38,650 nt of DNA from an uncultured Gammaproteobacteria bacterium (GTDB lineage: Bacteria > Patescibacteriota > Microgenomatia > PFEM01 > CAYPPS01): contig CAYPPS010000004.1 of assembly GCA_964412685.1 (NCBI GenBank), positions 1 through 38,650 of the forward strand. Reading direction: 5' to 3'. Positions 7,308 to 16,095 of the stretch are shown here, piece after piece; positions within the stretch are counted from its first letter, which is position 1; each line of letters opens with the position of its first letter. The notes beneath the pieces were generated by a model. That model was not told the DNA's origin and made no database searches. It saw only the letters and a program-made list of their open reading frames with translations. Made by a program: the position numbers and the translations under genes.

Positions 7308-7703
7308 ATGTCTAAAATAGCGATCAGTCAAGCGGCCAAAATACTAGGAGTAAGTAAAAAAACTCTCATGCGTTGGGATGAGCCAGGTTTATTCCCAGCC
7401 CAGCGAGAGCCTGTTAGTAACGTGCGTGTTTACGACAAAGAAGGGGTTGAAAAATTAGCTAAATGGTTCGAGTTGCGAAAGAAACACTTAAATCATTTAA
7501 GAAAACTTAAACCAATCAAGGATGAATGCCAGCGCTTTGTATCAACAAGACCGCTTGATCCTCATAATCCCCCCAAAGGGCACAATCTACCAGATATGAA
7601 AAAAGCGTTTGACAAAATGAAGCAATGGCAGCGTGATCTAAGTGAACTACAAAAGAAATATATAGAATTTACAGAGGATTACTATAAAAAACTGAAAAAA
7701 TAA
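7308..7703 (+). CDS. MerR/excisionase-type HTH DNA-binding protein
   Basis: ISQAAKILGVSKKTLMRWDEPGLFPAQREPVSNVRVYDKEGVEKL matches the MerR-superfamily HTH. Confidence 0.7.
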   Translation: MSKIAISQAAKILGVSKKTLMRWDEPGLFPAQREPVSNVRVYDKEGVEKLAKWFELRKKHLNHLRKLKPIKDECQRFVSTRPLDPHNPPKGHNLPDMKKAFDKMKQWQRDLSELQKKYIEFTEDYYKKLKK

Positions 7704-7716
7704 GAATTAAGCTACT

Positions 7717-8775
7717 ATGACAAAAAAACAACCAGTAACTACAGTTAAAGGTCTCGAAATCGATACCTTTAGGCGTGAGTCAGACTTTCTACTTTACACC
7801 ACTCCCGATGGCAAAGTGAGAGTAGAGATCTTTATTAAAGATGAAAACATTTGGTTAACCCAAGAAAAGATAGCTCAGCTTTTTGGAGTGCAAAGGCCAG
7901 CGGTCACGAAGCATCTACAAAATATATTTGAAGGTGGGGAGTTACAGGAAAATTCAGTTAGTTCCATTTTGGAACATACTGCCAGTGATGGCAAAACTTA
8001 TCAAACTAAGTTTTATAACCTGGACGCCATCATTTCTGTCGGTTATCGAGTTAATTCAGCACAAGCTACCCACTTTCGTATTTGGGCAACGGAGCGGTTG
8101 AAAGAGTACATCATCAAAGGTTTCACGATGGATGATGAGCGACTTAAGGACCCACAGCGTATTTTTGGCAAAGACTACTTCAGAGAATTACTGGAGAGAA
8201 TTCGCTCGATTCGTGCCAGTGAGCGCAGAATTTACCAGCAGATTACAGATATTTTTGCCGAGTGTAGTATTGACTACGACTCCCAATCCCAAACCACCAA
8301 AGACTTCTTTGCTACCGTTCAGAATAAATTCCACCATGCTATCACTGGGCATACAGCTGCTGAGATCATTGATGAACGAGTCGATCGCGAACAACCAAAC
8401 ATGGGGCTTGCCACTTGGAAACAAGCACCGGCCGGCAGGATTTTATCTACTGATGTAACTGTCGCCAAGAACTATTTACCTGAAAAACAAATTAAAAAGC
8501 TTGAGAGAACTGTGACGGGATTTTTTGATTACATCGAAAACCTGATTGAGAACAGGCAGGCCTTTACCATGGAAGAGTTTGCCGAAAGTGTCAACAAATT
8601 TTTAACCTTCAATGAATATAGGATCTTGGACGGTAAGGGAAAGATTTCCAAAAAGAGTGCTGATAAAAAGGCGTTGGCTGAATACAAGGAGTTTAATAAG
8701 ACTCAGCCGATTGAGTCTGACTTTGACCGGATGGTGAAAAAGTTAATAAAAGGCGAGAAAAAAAGAAAAAAGTAA
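7717..8775 (+). CDS. rhuM: RhuM-family protein
   Basis: Long collinear match to the RhuM consensus: ...VWLTQEKIAQLFGVQRPAVTKHLQNIFEGGEL..., FYNLDAIISVGYRVNS..ATHFRIWATERLKEYIIKGFTMDDERLK, and HTAAEII. Confidence 0.85.
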   Translation: MTKKQPVTTVKGLEIDTFRRESDFLLYTTPDGKVRVEIFIKDENIWLTQEKIAQLFGVQRPAVTKHLQNIFEGGELQENSVSSILEHTASDGKTYQTKFYNLDAIISVGYRVNSAQATHFRIWATERLKEYIIKGFTMDDERLKDPQRIFGKDYFRELLERIRSIRASERRIYQQITDIFAECSIDYDSQSQTTKDFFATVQNKFHHAITGHTAAEIIDERVDREQPNMGLATWKQAPAGRILSTDVTVAKNYLPEKQIKKLERTVTGFFDYIENLIENRQAFTMEEFAESVNKFLTFNEYRILDGKGKISKKSADKKALAEYKEFNKTQPIESDFDRMVKKLIKGEKKRKK

Positions 8776-8804
8776 TTCCACCGATTTTGATGGAAATAAT
8801 ATAA

Positions 8805-11800
8805 ATGACAATGACAAACGATATTTTACAAAACTATATCCAAGGGATCTCTTCAAAATTTGCCCACGAAGAAACCAGCGAGATGGGATATCGGACTGAC
8901 TTTGAGCTGTTGCTTAAAGGTATTTTTGAGGCAATTAATGTTTCCCGCTTTGATCATGATGCTCGAACAAAACAAGGCAATAAGCCTGATTTTGTAGTTT
9001 TAAAAAATGATATTCCTATTCTTTACATCGAAACAAAGGACATTGGAATTTCCTTAGATAAAATCGAAAAGTCTGAGCAAATGTCTCGGTATTTTGGCTA
9101 TGCCAACTTGGTGCTCACTGATTATGTCGAGTTTCGTTTCTATCGTAACGGTTTGCCTTATGGAGAACCGATCAAGATAGCAGAGTACAACAAGAATAGT
9201 CGGACAATTTCAGCTTTCCCCAATAACTTCGAATACCTTGCAAAAACACTTGTGGACTTCACTCAGTCCCATAAAGAGCCGATTAAATCAGGCAAGCATC
9301 TATCAAAGATCATGGGAGGAAAGGCTCAACGTATCCGCGATAATGTTCGTCAGTTCCTAACCGTCGAATCGGAAAAAGAATCAGAGCTTTTTCGTGTATA
9401 TGAAACCATAAAAAAGCTTTTAGTGCACGATCTTAATAAAGAGACATTCGCCGATATGTATGCCCAAACTCTTGTTTATGGTTTGTTTGTAGCCCGTTTT
9501 TACGATGAAAGTCCTGCAGATTTCTCCAGACAAGAAGCTCGCGATCTTATTCCCAAATCAAACCCACTACTGAGACATTTTTTTGATCATATCGTGGGGC
9601 CTAATTTTGATAAAAGACTTGAATATATTGTGAACGAGTTATGTGAGGTCTTTTCTCATGCCGATGTTGAGAAGTTGATGAAGGAGTATTTCCAAGAAGA
9701 TTTATTTGGGAACGAGCAAAGAGGACCAGATCCAGTTATTCATTTTTATGAAGACTTTTTGAAAGAGTATGACCCTGATTTGAGGAAAAAAATGGGGGCA
9801 TATTACACTCCACTGTCGGTGGTAATGTTTATTGCTCGCAGCGTGGATAGTTTACTTAAAAATGAATTTAAATTAAGCGGCGGGTTGACTGATACCACTA
9901 AGACAGAAAACGATTTACATCGTGTGCAAATTCTTGATCCGGCGGTCGGCACGGGTACTTTTATTAGTGCTGTAATCAGAATTATTTATGCCCAGTTGCT
10001 TAAGTCTGGCCAAAAAGGTCGTTGGCATAAATATGTCCACAATGATTTACTACCCAGAATCCATGGTTTTGAGCTAATGATGGCCCCCTATACTATTGCT
10101 CACTTAAAGCTGGTGATGGCTTTTAAAGAAACAGGCTTCAAGTATTTCAATCGACGTTTGGGAATTTATCTTACCAACTCTCTAGAAGAAACCGCCAAGC
10201 AAGAAGAATTGTTTTCAGCTTTTGGCTTGGCAGAAAGCATTGCTGAAGAATCAAAAGAAGCGGCTGTTATCAAAAACAAAACCCCAATTATGGTGGTGAT
10301 TGGTAATCCTCCATATTCTGGTGAATCAAGTAATGCACAGTATAGTGGCAACAATGTTTACAAGATTGAGCCTGGTGGGGGTAAGTTACAGGAAAGAAAT
10401 TCCAAGTGGCTCAACGATGATTATGTAAAGTTCATTCGCTTTGCAGAAGGTATGGTGGAAAAAACCGAGGAGGGCATTGTAGCCATGATTACTGCCCATG
10501 GTTACATAGATAATCCTACTTTCAGAGGAATGCGTTGGCATCTGATGAAAACTTTTGATGAGATTTATGTTTTGGATTTGCACGGCAATGCTAATAAAAA
10601 AGAAAAGGCTCTTGATGGTGGTGAGGACAAAAATGTGTTCAATATCAAAACTGGAGTGGCTATTTTCTTTGGGGTTAAAAAGAAGGACAGCAAAACAGAC
10701 TTGGCTCAAGTTTATGTGGCAGATCTGCATGGCAAGAGACAGGCTAAATTTAAATATCTGAATGACAATCTAATTAATTCAGTCAAGTGGGCTTCTCTAA
10801 AACCATCAGGACCAAATTATGTATGGGTAAAGCGAGATGAAAAGAAGTTGTCAGAGTACAACAAAGGCTTTTCCGTTAACGATCTATTCCCAGTTTCAAG
10901 CGTGGGGGTGGTTACTTCTAGAGATGCCTTTGTGATTGACACAAGTAAAAAGGTTCTCGCCGAGAGAATTCAGGAGTTCTTGCGTTGCCAAACTTCACAA
11001 GAAGCTAAGGCAAAATTTAATTTAAGAGAAAACAAAAAATGGAAGGTGGCCAATGCTCTAAAACACGAGTTTGATGAGAAAAATATTGTTCCTATAAGCT
11101 ATCGCCCGTTTGATACCAGATTTATCTACTATCACGATGACTTTATTGAAAGATCAAGAAAAGAAGTAATGAAGAATTTTTTAGTTGGAGAAAATGTTGG
11201 ATTAGTAACTGCCAGATCAAACAAAAACCCAGAGGTGGATCACTTCTTTATATCGGGATCTTTGACCGAAGCCAAATTGGGAGAGTCTAGTACTCAATCA
11301 GCCGTGTTTCCTTTGTATTTACATAGGGAAAACGGAAATAAAGATAACAATTTTAATGTAGAAATTTTCGAACGAGTTGAAAAGATTGTAGGAAATATAT
11401 CTGCAGATCAACTACTTGATTATATTTATGCATTTTTATATTCGTCAGCATATCGTGATAGATACCAAGAATTCTTAAAAATCAGCTTCCCAAGAGTACC
11501 TTACCCTAAAGACAAAAAGTCATTTACAACGTTGGCAAAATTAGGCAGTGAGCTGCGTCAACTGCATTTATTTGAATCTCCAAAAATGAATGATTTTGTA
11601 ACCACCTATCCTGAGGCTGGTTCAGATATGGTGGATAATCCAATCTATAAGGGTGACAGAGTTTATATCAACGACGTGCAGTATTTTGGCGATGTTCCTA
11701 AGGTGGCTTGGAATTTCCACATCGGAGGTTATCAGCCAGCTCAAAAATGGCTCAAGGATCGTAGAGGTGCTACGCTTGCAAATTCAGATATTGAGCACTA

Positions 11801-11873
11801 TCAGAAAATGATTATTGCCCTGGTTGAGACAGAGAGGATTATGAAAGAAATAGATAAGACAATAAAGTTATGA
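8805..11873 (+). CDS. Single-polypeptide restriction-modification enzyme (Type IIG/IIL, MmeI/YeeA-like): PD-ExK nuclease + gamma-class N6-adenine methyltransferase + C-terminal specificity domain
   Basis: PD-ExK: KPDFVV (D62, 8988-8990) and YIETK (E76/K78, 9030-9038). AdoMet motif: ILDPAVGTGTF. Catalytic NPPY at 10305-10316. C-terminal segment: HIGGYQPAQKWLKDRRG. Confidence 0.8.
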   Translation: MTMTNDILQNYIQGISSKFAHEETSEMGYRTDFELLLKGIFEAINVSRFDHDARTKQGNKPDFVVLKNDIPILYIETKDIGISLDKIEKSEQMSRYFGYANLVLTDYVEFRFYRNGLPYGEPIKIAEYNKNSRTISAFPNNFEYLAKTLVDFTQSHKEPIKSGKHLSKIMGGKAQRIRDNVRQFLTVESEKESELFRVYETIKKLLVHDLNKETFADMYAQTLVYGLFVARFYDESPADFSRQEARDLIPKSNPLLRHFFDHIVGPNFDKRLEYIVNELCEVFSHADVEKLMKEYFQEDLFGNEQRGPDPVIHFYEDFLKEYDPDLRKKMGAYYTPLSVVMFIARSVDSLLKNEFKLSGGLTDTTKTENDLHRVQILDPAVGTGTFISAVIRIIYAQLLKSGQKGRWHKYVHNDLLPRIHGFELMMAPYTIAHLKLVMAFKETGFKYFNRRLGIYLTNSLEETAKQEELFSAFGLAESIAEESKEAAVIKNKTPIMVVIGNPPYSGESSNAQYSGNNVYKIEPGGGKLQERNSKWLNDDYVKFIRFAEGMVEKTEEGIVAMITAHGYIDNPTFRGMRWHLMKTFDEIYVLDLHGNANKKEKALDGGEDKNVFNIKTGVAIFFGVKKKDSKTDLAQVYVADLHGKRQAKFKYLNDNLINSVKWASLKPSGPNYVWVKRDEKKLSEYNKGFSVNDLFPVSSVGVVTSRDAFVIDTSKKVLAERIQEFLRCQTSQEAKAKFNLRENKKWKVANALKHEFDEKNIVPISYRPFDTRFIYYHDDFIERSRKEVMKNFLVGENVGLVTARSNKNPEVDHFFISGSLTEAKLGESSTQSAVFPLYLHRENGNKDNNFNVEIFERVEKIVGNISADQLLDYIYAFLYSSAYRDRYQEFLKISFPRVPYPKDKKSFTTLAKLGSELRQLHLFESPKMNDFVTTYPEAGSDMVDNPIYKGDRVYINDVQYFGDVPKVAWNFHIGGYQPAQKWLKDRRGATLANSDIEHYQKMIIALVETERIMKEIDKTIKL

Positions 11874-12682
11874 CAAAAAATATGAAACAAGCTACCAGGG
11901 ATTCTACTGATGGCGGATATTATGCCTTGAAGGGTTTTACGTATCAATTCGACAAATCCTTAATTGAAGTTCTCACCAACTCGGACAAAGACATTGAAGT
12001 TGAACAAACGCAAGATATTGGTTTGTCCAAATACTATATTCAAGTAAAGTACAGAGAGGGCCAAACGTATTCGCCATCGAAGATTCATAAAGCGATGGCC
12101 CAGCTTCTTGAAAACTTCATTGCGGACAAACAGAGTTCATTTGAATTGTACTGCTATTTTAATAATAAGGTTCCTGAAAGCAAGTCGTTTACTTTAGCTG
12201 AATTGGATAATGTACTTTCTACCGAAAAAAATAAATATACACAAAGTGATAAGCGAGATTTTATTAACAATTTTACACTGATTTTTTCAGAGAACTTTGA
12301 AAAGCAGTTCAAATCACTAATCAACAGGATTAAGAGTGATTTTGACTTGAAAAATGAAGAACAGGCAATAGAATATCATGCCCGTTTCAGAGCTTATTTA
12401 TTGGAAATAGTAACTCAGAAAAACAAAAAGAAGAGGTTAATCAACTTTAATAAATTAAAAACAGTCGTTAATCAAAACGAAAAAATCATATTCGACTTTG
12501 CTTATTGTAAGTTATTGACAGAAAGAAAGTATTTTTCATACCTGAAAAAAGAGTATTTCACATTTAAAAAACTAAATATTGCCAACAAAGAACGCCTTTT
12601 TGTTATTGAGGTAGATAATTTTGTGGGTGACGGTGATATTTTACAGATCATTACAAATATTCAAAATAAGTATTTTAAATAG
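11870..12682 (+). CDS. DUF4297 (Cap4-like PD-(D/E)xK nuclease) protein, N-terminal 270 codons ending at an in-frame TAG
   Basis: DGGYYALKGFTYQFDKSL start motif, then DIEVEQTQDI ... YIQVKY. The ATGA overlaps the RM gene's stop. Confidence 0.7.
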   Translation: MTKNMKQATRDSTDGGYYALKGFTYQFDKSLIEVLTNSDKDIEVEQTQDIGLSKYYIQVKYREGQTYSPSKIHKAMAQLLENFIADKQSSFELYCYFNNKVPESKSFTLAELDNVLSTEKNKYTQSDKRDFINNFTLIFSENFEKQFKSLINRIKSDFDLKNEEQAIEYHARFRAYLLEIVTQKNKKKRLINFNKLKTVVNQNEKIIFDFAYCKLLTERKYFSYLKKEYFTFKKLNIANKERLFVIEVDNFVGDGDILQIITNIQNKYFK

Positions 12683-13030
12683 CACTCATCTCCCGCCCCC
12701 TACATTTGTTTATCAGGGAACCTTACTAAGGAAAGAACAATAGCCATTAAACAAAAGCTTTGGGATAAAAGTATGTTCTTTGTCGATGGAACTCATTTTG
12801 ATGGTGACCGATTTAGAATCGGTGATCTGATTGCAAGTACGCATGACAACAATTCAAATATAAAATATAAACTTGTTTCTATAGAAAACATTTACCCTTT
12901 ACTAACAAAACAGATTAATGAAGTTTATGTTTTTACAATAAACGGTGATTATAGCTTGAAAACAAGCGCAAATAAATTAAATAAATTTTATGTTAATCGC
13001 ACTAAAAATATTACTAAAATAATTGAATAA
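12683..13030 (+). pseudogene. Same-frame continuation of the DUF4297 gene beyond the TAG (includes track ORF 12773..13030)
   Basis: There is no further stop between 12683 and 13027 in the frame of 11870. Joined length would be about 386 codons. Confidence 0.55.
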
Positions 13031-13037
13031 GATATTT

Positions 13038-13868
13038 ATGTCAGACACAATAGTAAAAGCAGAGGTAATTGCAGTCTCCCCAAATAAGGTTAAGGTTGCT
13101 GTGAATGATATCGAAGCATTCAAACTTGATGACGAAGTATTGACAGTTGGCTCTTATCTTAAGGTTTTTGACCACAAGGATTGTTCAATTATCGCAATAA
13201 TAGAAAATTTCTCAATTGAGATTCAAGAACCCGATGAGGATGGAAAAAGAAAAAAAGTTTATATCATTGAAGCGGTGCCTCTTGGTTTTCTTGATGCAGA
13301 AGATGTGTTTATTAGGGGTGGAAATAATATTGCTATTCCTCCAAAGACAGTTGAGCCTGCAAAAAAAGAGGATATACAAAAAATTTACGATGACATAGGA
13401 GAACAGAGTAGATTTTGCTTTTCTAAGTTAGCGCTAGACACATCGATAAAAGTGCCTGTTGATGGCAATAGGTTTTTCAATAAGCATATAGCTATAGTTG
13501 GTTCTACCGGATCTGGTAAATCACATTCTCTTGCAAAAATTTTGCAGGAGGCCACCACTTCTAAGGATGATGGATACTCTGGGTTAAACAACTCTCACAT
13601 CGTCATATTTGATATTCATTCCGAGTATAAGTCGGCGTTTCCAGGTAAGCAGTCAAATGTTCTCGATGTTAGCAACTTACTATTACCATATTGGTTACTT
13701 AATTCAGAAGAAATTGAAGACCTACTAATAGAAAGCAATGAGGAACAATCACATAATCAGATTGCAACTTTAAAAAAGCTGTTATTGAAAGTAAACAAAA
13801 ACATTTTGTTGGTAGCAAAGAAGAAAAGGAGAGAGTTCATTATGACTCACCAGTGTTCTTTGATATAG
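13038..13868 (+). CDS. HerA-type (DUF87) ATPase, N-terminal part in the 0 frame
   Basis: N-terminal barrel-like segment. Walker A: VGSTGSGKSH (13500-13523). The likely start is the ATG at 13038 (the track ORF starts at the TTG at 13023). The 0 frame ends at 13868, after the A-run at 13772-13777. Confidence 0.75.
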   Translation: MSDTIVKAEVIAVSPNKVKVAVNDIEAFKLDDEVLTVGSYLKVFDHKDCSIIAIIENFSIEIQEPDEDGKRKKVYIIEAVPLGFLDAEDVFIRGGNNIAIPPKTVEPAKKEDIQKIYDDIGEQSRFCFSKLALDTSIKVPVDGNRFFNKHIAIVGSTGSGKSHSLAKILQEATTSKDDGYSGLNNSHIVIFDIHSEYKSAFPGKQSNVLDVSNLLLPYWLLNSEEIEDLLIESNEEQSHNQIATLKKLLLKVNKNILLVAKKKRREFIMTHQCSLI

Positions 13869-14686
13869 TCGAAGTGCTCCAGAGTGTAAAAGGAAAAAAT
13901 GAGGAGATGGTGCCAGGTGCAAGGGTTGGTACAGAAAAACAAGGCTCCTTGTTTGGCAAGCTAGATAATTTTATTACTAGATTAGAAAATAAAATAAATG
14001 ATAAGCGCCTTAAGTTTTTGTTAGGCGAACAAGTAAGAAAAATATCCCCTGAAAATGTATTAAGGCAATTTATTTCTTATAAAAAAGATAATGAAGCCAA
14101 TATTACTATCATTGACCTAAGTGGAGTACCTTTTGAGGTTTTGAGTATAACAGTGTCACTGATTTCTAGAATTTTATTTGATTATGCTTATATCTACAAG
14201 AAATCAAATCCTCAGGTTGTGAATGAGACACCTTTGCTTATTGTTTACGAGGAAGCACACAAATATGTACCAAAGACTGGTCTGACACGATTTAATGCTT
14301 CTAAGTATGCAATAGAGCGAATTGCAAAAGAGGGGCGAAAGTATGGCGTCACTGCAGTTATTGTTAGTCAGCGCCCTTCAGAAATTTCTGAAACCATATT
14401 CTCACAGTGCAGTAATTTTATCTCCATGAGACTGACTAATCCAGAAGATCAAAATTATGTTAAGCGCTTATTGCCCGATACTCTTGGCCCATTAACTGAG
14501 ACGCTTTCCATGCTTCAGGCGGGAGAAGCGTTGCTAATCGGAGATTCTGTAGTAATGCCATCATTAGTTTCTATTGATCATTGTGATCCTAGTCCATCAT
14601 CTAACGATATAAGGTATTTGGAGGAATGGAAAAAACAATGGAAGAATGTAGATTTTGATCCGATTATAAAAAAATGGCAAGAATAA
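13778..14686 (+). CDS. HerA-type ATPase, C-terminal part in the -1 frame (track ORF 13853..14686)
   Basis: The -1 frame is open from 13778 (AVIESKQKHFVGSKEEKERVHYDSPVFFD...). Walker B: LLIVYEEAHKYV. Also RKYGVTAVIVSQRPSEISETIFSQCSNFISMRLTN. Confidence 0.75.
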   Translation, partial: AVIESKQKHFVGSKEEKERVHYDSPVFFDIVEVLQSVKGKNEEMVPGARVGTEKQGSLFGKLDNFITRLENKINDKRLKFLLGEQVRKISPENVLRQFISYKKDNEANITIIDLSGVPFEVLSITVSLISRILFDYAYIYKKSNPQVVNETPLLIVYEEAHKYVPKTGLTRFNASKYAIERIAKEGRKYGVTAVIVSQRPSEISETIFSQCSNFISMRLTNPEDQNYVKRLLPDTLGPLTETLSMLQAGEALLIGDSVVMPSLVSIDHCDPSPSSNDIRYLEEWKKQWKNVDFDPIIKKWQE

Positions 14687-14698
14687 TACTTAAAAATT

Positions 14699-16066
14699 AT
14701 GAACAACAAAACTAAATGTCCAAAATGTGGTGAATTATTTGAGCCTGGAGATGCATACAAGCATGAGGTAGAAGAGACTGTACGCAAAGAGTCACAGGTT
14801 AAACACCAGCAGGAGTTAGAAGAAGCAAAAAAACAGATAGCAGAGACTACTAAGTCTGAGGTTGAGAAGAAAGCAAAAGTTGAACTCGAATCTGCTGTAG
14901 AAGCTACAAAAAAAGAAGCTGAAATCAATGCCAGGCAAGCTCTCAAGCTCCAGGAAGATCTTGATGAGCAAATTAAGCTCTCCGCCGAACTAAAGGCAGA
15001 AAAAAGCAAACTGCGTGAGACACACGAAAAAGAATTAGAAGAAACTAGGAAACAAATATCTGAGAAGGCCAAGTCGGAGGCTCAAAAGAGTGTGGCTAAG
15101 CAGCTCAAGGACAAAGAAGAGCAGGTCTCAGAGTATAAAAAACGAGCGGAGCAAGCCGAAGAACAAGAGCTTCAAATTAGGAAAGAAAAGCTCGAGCTAG
15201 AAGAATCTAAGCGTAAGTTTGAGTTAGAAAAACAACGTCAGCTTGATGAGGAACGAGACAAAATTCGCAACAAAGCTCTCAAGGAGGCACAAGAAACGCA
15301 TGAACTTAAAGATAAAGAAAAGGAGATGCTTATTGAGAATCTCAAGAAATCATTGGCAGATGCCCAGAGAAAAGCCCAGCAAGGCTCACAACAAGCTCAG
15401 GGTGAGGTAATGGAGCTTGAATTAGAAGATCTGCTTAAACGAGAGTTTCCCATGGATAAAATTGTCGAAGTCAAAAAAGGACAACGTGGTGCAGATGTGG
15501 TGCAAGAGGTGATTGACAAAAAAGGGAGAAATTGTGGTGTGATTTTGTGGGAATCAAAAAATGCTAAGTGGCAAAACACATGGGTAGCTACTCTCAAGGA
15601 GAATCAAAGACAAGCAAAAGCACAGATAGCCGTTCTTGTGTCTAACAATACTCCGCCAGAAATCGAAACCTTTGTTTATAAGGAAGGTGTTTGGATAGCA
15701 AACAGAAAAATGGCTTTGCCTTTGGCATTGGCGTTAAGGTTCGACTTGGTTCGAGTTACCTTTGAAAAGATGGCTAACGTCAATAAATCTGAAAAAGCGG
15801 AGATTTTATATCAGTACATCACCAGTACTGAATTTAAGCACCGGATTGAAGCAATAGCTGAAACATTTACAGATATGCAAAGCACGATTGAGACTGAAAA
15901 ACGTTGGTTTACTTCAAAATGGGCAAAACAGGAGAAGCAAATTAGGCGTGTGGTTGATAACACCATTGGTATGAGGTCTGATCTGGAAGGATTGGTTGGT
16001 AATGCGTTACCTTCTATTGACTATCTAGAACTGCCAGATTCTATAGAGGAAGATAAAAAGGATTAA
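14699..16066 (+). CDS. DUF2130-family protein: Zn-ribbon, long E/K coiled coil, C-terminal PD-(D/E)xK-like domain
   Basis: CPKCGE at the N-terminus, about 200 aa of heptad-like E/K/Q sequence, then GADVVQEV...GVILWESKN. Confidence 0.65.
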   Translation: MNNKTKCPKCGELFEPGDAYKHEVEETVRKESQVKHQQELEEAKKQIAETTKSEVEKKAKVELESAVEATKKEAEINARQALKLQEDLDEQIKLSAELKAEKSKLRETHEKELEETRKQISEKAKSEAQKSVAKQLKDKEEQVSEYKKRAEQAEEQELQIRKEKLELEESKRKFELEKQRQLDEERDKIRNKALKEAQETHELKDKEKEMLIENLKKSLADAQRKAQQGSQQAQGEVMELELEDLLKREFPMDKIVEVKKGQRGADVVQEVIDKKGRNCGVILWESKNAKWQNTWVATLKENQRQAKAQIAVLVSNNTPPEIETFVYKEGVWIANRKMALPLALALRFDLVRVTFEKMANVNKSEKAEILYQYITSTEFKHRIEAIAETFTDMQSTIETEKRWFTSKWAKQEKQIRRVVDNTIGMRSDLEGLVGNALPSIDYLELPDSIEEDKKD

Positions 16067-16095
16067 CTAAGTTTGTTGACATAGCCCCAACTTTT

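Noticed and set aside
10386-10730. Minus-strand ORFs inside the RM gene (10166..10354, 10386..10730), and similar antisense ORFs inside clpB, dnaE, gatB and polX.
   Set aside because: All are embedded antisense to strongly supported genes. They are short and have no motifs or start context.
13778-13810. A downstream stimulatory structure for the HerA frameshift.
   Set aside because: Only a 7-bp all-A/T stem is present and there is no upstream SD-like stimulator. The programmed-frameshift case therefore rests on the heptamer alone and is not asserted.
14578-15072. 164-aa Ser/Cys-rich ORF on the minus strand inside the DUF2130 gene.
   Set aside because: It is a shadow ORF, antisense to a GAA/AAG-rich coiled-coil coding region, and has low-complexity composition.
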